Below are positions 57,115 through 64,000 of a stretch of DNA of 64,000 bases, piece after piece (position 1 is the first letter of the stretch; each line of letters starts with the position of its first letter). The stretch comes from Candidatus Poribacteria bacterium (GTDB lineage Bacteria > Poribacteria > WGA-4E > PCPOR2b), in assembly GCA_965215015.1 (NCBI GenBank), contig OZ244042.1, forward strand, positions 96,001 through 160,000, in the 5' to 3' direction. The position numbers and the translations under genes are program-made. The notes beneath the pieces were generated by a model. It was given only the letters and a program-made list of their open reading frames with translations, did no database searches and was not told the DNA's origin.

Positions 57115-59049
57115 ATGATCCACATATCTGCTAACGTACCGATTACGAGTCCGCCCTCTTGGGCGGTCTGGGAGCGGCGACTATTCGACACGATGAATCA
57201 GTCTGTCCAACCCTTTCTCGACCATTTCACGCGGGAAGATGGAGAGTTTATCTGGAAAGACGAATGGGGGGGCGGCAGCCCCGACGACTATTACGAACCT
57301 TTCTTCAACTGGCCCCTTATCTACCTAATGGGCGGTGGAGACCATCTGCTCACGTTGGCAGATCGCCAATGGGAGGCAGTTACCAAACAGTTAACGCGCC
57401 TCGGCACGGTCTACAAAGAGTACGGTATCCGCGAAGACCAGATGCACCAGTCTGAAAGCGACATCCTCTTTTTCCATCTCTGCCTAGCGCATCCGAATGG
57501 ACACAGACGTCGTGAGCGAGCTCAGCGTTTCGCAGGTTTCTACCTCAACGAAGATCCCGAGGCCATCAACTACGACCCCGAACACAAAATCGTGCTTTCT
57601 GGACTCAACGGTAGCAAAGGGGCGTATTACGCACCAATGTCAGAGCGGGAAACGGCGAACTACGCGCCCCTCGGTGGGAGCATGGAACGGTACAACCTAC
57701 CCTTTTTCGATCTGCCCGGTATCGCCACCGTGCAAGATCTGGGGGATCCGGATAAAGCCCGCGCCATGGGGCAGGCACTGTTTGATCGGTGGAGAAAAGG
57801 GGACACACCGACAAACCTGTCCATTACGTCAGTGGTTACGAATGCTTTTCTCCTGACCGGTGAGGAGAAGTATCGGGATTGGGTGGTTGAGTACACCGAC
57901 GCTTGGGTTGAGCGAGCCCAGCAGAACAACGGACTTCTGCCAGATAATGTCGGACACTCCGGGGAGGTGGGCGAATACTGTAACGGCAAGTGGTATGGGG
58001 GACGCTACGGCTGGACATTTCCGCACGGTTTCCTGACCCTTCAGAAAGCAACGCTCGATGCCGCCGCCAATGCCTATCTGCTGACTCGTGACAATACATA
58101 TCTCGAACTCCCACGGCAGCAGATGAATCATATTCTTGAACTGGGTGAAGTGAAGGACATCCGTGACTACGACATGAGTGTTAGTGAACGCTGGGATAGT
58201 CAGTTTGCCTCCATGGGAGAGCGGCACGAGACCTTCTTGGTGCCTTACCGATATGGGGACGCGGGTTGGTTCGACTGGCAGCCTATATCGCCCGTCTATC
58301 TGGTAACGCTGTGGAACCTTTCGATGGCAGACGAAGACTGGGAGAGTATGGAGCGTGTTCGCCAAGCAGAGGCTTTCGATTGGAACGCGACCTTTGCCTT
58401 TCACAACAAGGAAGATTCTGGGCATGAGCAGCCGTGGGTCCGGTACTTGGCAGGGCAAAATCACAGCTATCCGGAGGATAGCCTTCATGCCAGCCACCAG
58501 ATAGTGTGCCGTCGTCTCGCTCTGCTTCGAGAGGATGACGCGGTGGGAACACATCACCACGTCCATCACTGGCAATGGGGGAATCCGGTTTCGTCCGAGG
58601 CATTAATCCAATTGACGCTCGGCGCACCCCAGCCAATCTACAACGGTGGACTACTTCACTGTCGCCTCCGCTATTTCGACGTTCATCGCCAGCGTCCCGG
58701 TCTGCCCGAAGATGTGGGGGCATTGGTCGAGAAGTTGGAAGCAGCACGCACAGTTGTGTACCTAGCGAATCTCAATCCTAATGAGGGAAGGGAGCTAATC
58801 ATCCAAGCTGGCGGTTTCGGTGAGCACCGATTTGGTACGGCGGAATACTTCGTGCGAACGAGCGAATGGCCTGGAGAGCTGGGCGGATATGCAGGCAGCT
58901 ATGCACCCCCGCCACTGAAAACCGAAACGCGGACAGTCGCTGTAAATAACAAGCATCTGCACGTCTCGCTTCCGCCGGGTGCTGAGATTACACTGGATCT
59001 GACCACTGAGCGTTATGTGAACGAGCCATCTTATGCCGAGCCGTGGTAG
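57115..59049 (+). CDS. Large conserved-looking hypothetical protein (Trp/Asp/Glu/His-rich, possibly a carbohydrate-active helical barrel)
   Basis: Long ORF with enzyme-like motifs (DDYYE.F.NWP, HQSE, PDNVG, GKWYGG.YGW); family not recognised. Confidence 0.7.
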   Translation: MIHISANVPITSPPSWAVWERRLFDTMNQSVQPFLDHFTREDGEFIWKDEWGGGSPDDYYEPFFNWPLIYLMGGGDHLLTLADRQWEAVTKQLTRLGTVYKEYGIREDQMHQSESDILFFHLCLAHPNGHRRRERAQRFAGFYLNEDPEAINYDPEHKIVLSGLNGSKGAYYAPMSERETANYAPLGGSMERYNLPFFDLPGIATVQDLGDPDKARAMGQALFDRWRKGDTPTNLSITSVVTNAFLLTGEEKYRDWVVEYTDAWVERAQQNNGLLPDNVGHSGEVGEYCNGKWYGGRYGWTFPHGFLTLQKATLDAAANAYLLTRDNTYLELPRQQMNHILELGEVKDIRDYDMSVSERWDSQFASMGERHETFLVPYRYGDAGWFDWQPISPVYLVTLWNLSMADEDWESMERVRQAEAFDWNATFAFHNKEDSGHEQPWVRYLAGQNHSYPEDSLHASHQIVCRRLALLREDDAVGTHHHVHHWQWGNPVSSEALIQLTLGAPQPIYNGGLLHCRLRYFDVHRQRPGLPEDVGALVEKLEAARTVVYLANLNPNEGRELIIQAGGFGEHRFGTAEYFVRTSEWPGELGGYAGSYAPPPLKTETRTVAVNNKHLHVSLPPGAEITLDLTTERYVNEPSYAEPW

Positions 59050-59096
59050 TAGCTGTAATGCGTCGGTGTGAGGGAACAGGGGGAGGCTTTTGACGC

Positions 59097-59930
59097 CTAG
59101 GGTTTTCTGAGGCGTGCGTTGACCTGATCCAAGGTTGGGATGCCCGTCGTTCCGTAGCCTTCGACGGCGAATGAGGCCGTGCAGTGTGCAAAGTTCAACG
59201 CTGCTTGGGGCGAACGGGTCTCGTGATATTTGATTAGGAATGCCGCAGCGAACACATCCCCCGCACCGGTTGGATCGACTTCGTGTACGGGGTAGGCAGC
59301 GGATTCCAAAATACGACCATTTTCGTACAGCGTTGCCCCCTGCCTTCCTTTCGTTAGTACAACAATCCGCGTCCATTGAATATACTTTTCGAGGGCTTCG
59401 GGAGATGCAGCGATATCCTCCTCACTTAAAACCAAAACATCTGCGCGGGGTAGGATGGCTTCGGCGGTATGCCACCGTTTGGGGCGTACACGGCGGGTCT
59501 CATCCCATGCGCGCATCCAGCCTTGCGGCGTGACACCGATTAACGCATGATTGAAGCATTGAACTACCGGGGAATCCACTTCACCGGTGAGCGGGCAGAG
59601 ATAGGCGATGTCAGCGTTGTTCCATTGAGATGGAATGTGATGCCGCTGCAATTCACCACCGACCCCCAAGATTAGCTGTTGGCGCTTGCCATCTAAGTCA
59701 TACCGATTATCAAAGATGGTGGTTTCAGGCGATTCGTGGTAAGAAACATCAATCTCATCTAGGATTGGCTGTTGTCGGTCAAAATTTGAACCGACAGCGG
59801 TGACTGCACAGGCACGACAACCAAGATTGCGAGCCGTAATCGTTGAGTAAGCCGCACCCCCGCCCAGCACGTATCCATCTGGCACCACATCGTAGCAGAA
59901 GTGACCGATGGCTAAAAAGCGAGGTGACAT
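59097..59930 (-). CDS. PfkB family carbohydrate kinase
   Basis: Motifs GGGAAY, VG, T.G..GA, DPTGAGDVF. Confidence 0.9.
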   Translation of the reverse strand: MSPRFLAIGHFCYDVVPDGYVLGGGAAYSTITARNLGCRACAVTAVGSNFDRQQPILDEIDVSYHESPETTIFDNRYDLDGKRQQLILGVGGELQRHHIPSQWNNADIAYLCPLTGEVDSPVVQCFNHALIGVTPQGWMRAWDETRRVRPKRWHTAEAILPRADVLVLSEEDIAASPEALEKYIQWTRIVVLTKGRQGATLYENGRILESAAYPVHEVDPTGAGDVFAAAFLIKYHETRSPQAALNFAHCTASFAVEGYGTTGIPTLDQVNARLRKP

Positions 59931-59973
59931 TGTCTCTCCTATTTTTCTCGGTGTGAATATGCAGGTCCCAATC

Positions 59974-60405
59974 TTATCGGGGTGAGTCAAGTGTCTTTAA
60001 CCACTGCTGAATCCTTTGCTGGATCTCATCGCGGATTCGACAAAAAATGGTGAACCGCTCCGGCTCGGGCCCTTCTGCTTTCGCCGGATCATTAAATCCC
60101 CAATGATGGCTTTCTCCAATGCCGGGGAAAATTGGGCAACTTTCCTTCGCATGGTCGCAGACGGTAATCAGATGCTGAAAGCTTTGGCCGAGGTATTTAT
60201 CGAGTGAATCAGAGGTATGGCTTGAAATATCGACACCGACGCCCTCCATCGCCTTGATTGCCAACGGATTAACAGATGATGGCTTCAGGCCCGCACTATA
60301 GACCTCGAAGCGGTCGCCAGCCATATCCCTCAAAAAGCCTTCTGCCATTTGGCTCCGGCATGAGTTCCCTGTACAAAGAAACAGCACTTTTTGCTTTTCG
60401 ACCAT
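59974..60405 (-). CDS. arsC: Arsenate reductase, LMW-PTP/thioredoxin type
   Basis: P-loop CTGNSCRSQMAE, redox pair TVC-x6-CP, HW.F.DP. Confidence 0.85.
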   Translation of the reverse strand: MVEKQKVLFLCTGNSCRSQMAEGFLRDMAGDRFEVYSAGLKPSSVNPLAIKAMEGVGVDISSHTSDSLDKYLGQSFQHLITVCDHAKESCPIFPGIGESHHWGFNDPAKAEGPEPERFTIFCRIRDEIQQRIQQWLKTLDSPR

Positions 60406-60782
60406 TTTTTCCCCTATTGCTTAGTAGATTATTTTTTGAAGCTGTTTCTACATTATATGCACTCGCAAGCCTGTGTCAACATAAATCCTTAGCTTTCATT
60501 TTTGACGCAGATTATTGCACATGCAAAACTTATCTAATAGTGCATATAACCCCAATATTTTTCTTGACCGTAGTGTGGAAATATCGGTAAAATGTCTAAC
60601 AATATTTTTGAATGATGGACAGTGAAAGTTGAAATTTAATCGGTGCCAAAACGAAGGCAATCCACAGACCAGTTATGGGCAAAGCCAAAATAGCATCAAT
60701 CTTGGCATGTCACCTGTCATGTTCGGTCAGATTTCTTCGCTGCCGCCGGAATGGCACATACCCACAATAAAAACAACAAACA

Positions 60783-61964
60783 ATGAAAATTACAGAAATA
60801 TCCGTGACACCGGTTCCTTCGTATTACCGAAAGGAGCTAGGTAAAAACGCATTCTCAGATAACATTGGTAAGCAACGACTGGAATGGATCGTGCGTGCCC
60901 GGACCGATGGCGGTGTAGAAGGCGTGACCATCGCCAACCGGGCGATGCGGCAGGGACGGGTAGAAGACCTGCTCAAACTGTTGAAAACGTCGCTGCTGGG
61001 CAGAGAAGTAGATTCATTGCTGCAGGTGAAGGACGGGGTTGTCACCGGCCCCGGCGTAGACACAGCACGCACCTTCCGCAGTCATAGATGGATGGACGCT
61101 CTCGCCTTCGATCTCTACGGCAAAGCCCACAACGTCTCAGCTATCAACCTACTTGGGGGAAAAGTGCGCCACACGGTCCCAGCCTATGATACCACGCTCT
61201 ACTTCCAAGATTTCCTTGTCCCTGAGAAAGGCGCGAAGCAGGTTGCCGAAGAGGCTGCTGAGGCGAAGGCTGCTGGGTATCAGGCACTCAAGATAAAAAC
61301 AGGACGCGGCGGCCGCTGGATGATGCCAGAAGCCGGGATGCGACGGGACGTTGAGGTAGTTTGGGGGGTGCGGGAAGCCGTCGGAGAAGATTTCCACATC
61401 TACGTTGACGCCAATTTTGGCTATGATGACCGGCTTGATCTACTCGAAGAGTTCGTCCGGGAGACCGTCCCCGCAAACATCTATTGGCTGGAGGAGATGA
61501 TAACGCACGACGTGGCTGGCTACCGCGCCATGCGAGAGATGCAGGCAAAACACGGTTCCAAAGCCCTGCTTGTGTGCGGCGAAACAGACCGCGACCCTAT
61601 CAGTGATACCTTCCGCTATCTCATTGAGGACGGCCTAATTGACGGCTACCAGCCGGACATCGTGGGTGCCGGTTTCCTCCGTTGGATAGAGATTGAGCAG
61701 GTGCTGCGCGGAACAAAAGTGCGCTCAATTCCGCACAACTTCGGCAACGGCACTTTCGGGACCTTTGCGACTCTGGCGTTCGGTGCAGCATCTAAGACCT
61801 TCGTGTCGCTGGAGGACGAACGCAACCTCCCCCACATCTTCGGCCCCTTCCCGCCCTTCAGGGACGGAGCATATCAAGTGCAGGAACGCCCTGGACTCGG
61901 TATTTCTGTTGACGAAAACCTGTTCAAGGCAAAGTATGCTTTACACCAATGGCAGGTGGAGTGA
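60783..61964 (+). CDS. Mandelate racemase/muconate lactonizing (enolase superfamily) enzyme, paralog 1
   Basis: KxK (LKIK), DAN, WLEE, GE, QPD, PHN, PGLG. Confidence 0.85.
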   Translation: MKITEISVTPVPSYYRKELGKNAFSDNIGKQRLEWIVRARTDGGVEGVTIANRAMRQGRVEDLLKLLKTSLLGREVDSLLQVKDGVVTGPGVDTARTFRSHRWMDALAFDLYGKAHNVSAINLLGGKVRHTVPAYDTTLYFQDFLVPEKGAKQVAEEAAEAKAAGYQALKIKTGRGGRWMMPEAGMRRDVEVVWGVREAVGEDFHIYVDANFGYDDRLDLLEEFVRETVPANIYWLEEMITHDVAGYRAMREMQAKHGSKALLVCGETDRDPISDTFRYLIEDGLIDGYQPDIVGAGFLRWIEIEQVLRGTKVRSIPHNFGNGTFGTFATLAFGAASKTFVSLEDERNLPHIFGPFPPFRDGAYQVQERPGLGISVDENLFKAKYALHQWQVE

Positions 61965-61997
61965 AGTTTTTCGGCCCTGCCTAACTCGAAGGATACC

Positions 61998-63209
61998 ATG
62001 TCAGAAAAACACATCATCAAGGACATTCGGATAGCACCGGTCGAAACGTACTTCGGTGCTCCTGGTATTGGCAGAATCGTTGGGCGTAACTCGAAGGGTG
62101 AAAACTATGGCCACAATCAGCGTGAATGGCTGGTACAAGTAACCACCGACAGTGGTCTCACCGGTGTAACCAACGCAAGACCAGCGATGAACCGTGGCAA
62201 ATTGACAGCACTTTACGCCACACTCCAGTTGCTGGTAGATCGAGACGTATTCGACTTTTATCGCGTGAGCGGAGGTCGTGTGATAGGTGTGAACCCTCGC
62301 TGGGAGGAATTACTGCGAGAGAACGGGTTCATCGATTTCGTCATCTTTGACCTGATGGGTAGGGCACTGGATGTTCCTGCGTATCGTCTGCTGGGCAACC
62401 GGGTTCGTGATTGGGTTGAGAGCTACGACTCCACCCTTTACTTCCAGGATCTAGTGCACCCCGAAGCGGGTGCCAGGGCCGTGGCGCGTGAAGCGAAGGC
62501 CGCCATCGCCAACGGTTGGCGAGCAATAAAGTTGAAACTCGGTCGACCGGGGCGCTGGTTTGAACCGAATGCCGGCGTAGCGCGTGACATTGAAGTCGTG
62601 CACGCCGTGCGGGAAGCAGTTGGGCCAGAAATTAAAATCCTTGTTGACGCAAACAACGGTTACGATGACAAATTGCCGCTCTTGGAAACCTTTGTGTGTG
62701 AAACAGCCTCGGACAAGATTTTCTGGATGGAAGAGATGGTCACTGAAAATGTGGCAGACTACCGAAAACTCAAGGAGTGGCGGGACCAATGGTCCCCAGA
62801 GACGATGCTCGTAGATGGCGAGGGCCATCGAGGCCGCAATACCATTTACTGGCAGTTGATGGAGGCGGGTCTACTGGATGGTATACAGCCTGACATGCTG
62901 GACATGGGTTTTTGGCCATACCACACGCTCGCCCGCGACATCGAAGATTCCGGTTATGCGACGAAGATTTGTCCGCACAACTACAACGCTGCAGCGATTG
63001 GTCTGCGCGGTGATATCCAGTTCGGCGCGGTGACTGAGCGGTTTGTTATTGCTGAAGATTCGACCCTGCATTTTGATCTTTACGCCATGCAGGGATACGA
63101 GTTTGAAAACGGCTGTTACCAGGTGCCTTCCGCGCCGGGATTAGGGATAGAAATTGATCAGGAACGCTATGATCGGGTTTACCGCCAGCACGAAACCGCG
63201 GTGAGGTAG
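61998..63209 (+). CDS. Enolase superfamily enzyme, paralog 2
   Basis: KLK, DAN, WMEE, DGE, QPD, PHN, PGLG; shares YD.TLYFQD with paralog 1. Confidence 0.85.
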   Translation: MSEKHIIKDIRIAPVETYFGAPGIGRIVGRNSKGENYGHNQREWLVQVTTDSGLTGVTNARPAMNRGKLTALYATLQLLVDRDVFDFYRVSGGRVIGVNPRWEELLRENGFIDFVIFDLMGRALDVPAYRLLGNRVRDWVESYDSTLYFQDLVHPEAGARAVAREAKAAIANGWRAIKLKLGRPGRWFEPNAGVARDIEVVHAVREAVGPEIKILVDANNGYDDKLPLLETFVCETASDKIFWMEEMVTENVADYRKLKEWRDQWSPETMLVDGEGHRGRNTIYWQLMEAGLLDGIQPDMLDMGFWPYHTLARDIEDSGYATKICPHNYNAAAIGLRGDIQFGAVTERFVIAEDSTLHFDLYAMQGYEFENGCYQVPSAPGLGIEIDQERYDRVYRQHETAVR

Positions 63210-63218
63210 ACAACCGCG

Positions 63219-63244
63219 GTGTCGAGATGTGAATCTCGACCTAC
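63219..63244 (-). repeat. GTAG-type REP-like palindrome (copy 2)
   Basis: Reverse complement GTAGGTCGAGATTCACATCTCGACAC; lies between convergent genes. Confidence 0.65.
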
Positions 63245-63321
63245 ACGGCACGTCACTCTTACCAAAATTCATGAGGACCGCAAGATTTCTGTCTCGCGCG
63301 AATCAAGAGTTAAATCACTGA

Positions 63322-64000
63322 TTAGGGAACCTGTGCGCCTTGCGTTTCTACGTAGACGGAGTAAATAGATTGGCTGCCGGTCATGAACAGCCGGTTCCGC
63401 TTGACGCCGCCGAAGCATACATTGGAACAGACCTCCGGGAGATGGATCTTGCCGATGAGATCGCCATCAGGGGCGAAAATATGCACGCCATCGAACCCCT
63501 CACCGACCCAACCCGCACTTGACCAAAGATTGCCATCAATGTCACAGCGGATACCGTCCGCGAACCCTGATCCCATGTCGCAGAACGGTCTACCGTTTGC
63601 CAAGCGGGCGTTATCCACCACATCATAGACATAGATGTGACTCGGATGATCAGGGGCGTGTGAGATGCCGGTGTCAGAGATATAGAGTCTGGAAAAGTCA
63701 GGCGAGAAACACAGACCGTTCGGTTTGTCGAGTTCATCCGTGACGACTGCCGCTTCGCCGGTATCCGGGTCCAGGCGATAGACATTAGTTGGCAACTCAA
63801 ACTCAGCTCGGTGCCCTTCATAGTTCATAAGGATGCCGTACCCAGGGTCGGTGAACCAGATATGTCCATCCGGATGGACGACCACATCATTCGGAGCGTT
63901 CAACCGCCCTCCCTCAAAACTGTCGATGAGTACCGTGACGCTACCATCATACTCGGTACGAGTCACCCGACGCGTGCCGTGTTCGCAGGTGACGAGCCGT
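63322..64000 (-). CDS. SMP-30/gluconolactonase family protein (5'-truncated by the window edge)
   Basis: Motifs LNAPNDVVV..DG.IWFTDP, PNGL.FSPD, DG.R.D..GN, NVCFGG. Confidence 0.9.
   Translation of the reverse strand, partial: RLVTCEHGTRRVTRTEYDGSVTVLIDSFEGGRLNAPNDVVVHPDGHIWFTDPGYGILMNYEGHRAEFELPTNVYRLDPDTGEAAVVTDELDKPNGLCFSPDFSRLYISDTGISHAPDHPSHIYVYDVVDNARLANGRPFCDMGSGFADGIRCDIDGNLWSSAGWVGEGFDGVHIFAPDGDLIGKIHLPEVCSNVCFGGVKRNRLFMTGSQSIYSVYVETQGAQVP

Noticed and set aside
59974-60405. Arsenic resistance operon
   Set aside because: arsC stands alone, with no arsR, arsB or acr3 adjacent.
1-64000. CRISPR array or cas genes
   Set aside because: No regularly spaced short direct repeats; the only Cas12-related sequence is the broken tnpB.

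Overview
Chromosomal window from a diderm bacterium. Its content (several PhyH dioxygenases, NHL and internalin-type LRR proteins, CotH, XisH/XisI, many small repeats) suggests a Poribacteria-like marine or sponge-associated organism; this assignment is inference only. The core segment is tRNA-Ser/Ser/Arg - tadA - tRNA-Ser/Ala/Ser - large SRP RNA - dnaX - ybaB - recR - M28 glutaminyl-cyclase-like gene - (xisH/xisI pseudogenes) - mnmG - rsmG. It runs directly into a partner-switching signalling cluster (STAS, histidine kinase, REC-PP2C, RsbW-like kinase, STAS), followed by an AccD-like protein that lacks the catalytic motifs. A second partner-switching module lies at 48.9-51.6 kb. The main accessory block is a ~13.5 kb iron/heme island: porin-imelysin-DHOR, bacterioferritin, a Rieske ferredoxin coupled to an IsdG-type monooxygenase, PepSY-TM, a TonB-dependent receptor, a degenerate CcsA-like protein, a small Cys/His protein, HmuY and HmuTUV. 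It carries Fur-like boxes, a duplicated structured element on both sides of the receptor gene, and two ~260-bp direct repeats bracketing the block. The window also holds three distinct MITE-like elements with target-site duplications, a dead tnpB, and several gene remnants. No CRISPR array, rRNA, integrase or reverse transcriptase was seen.
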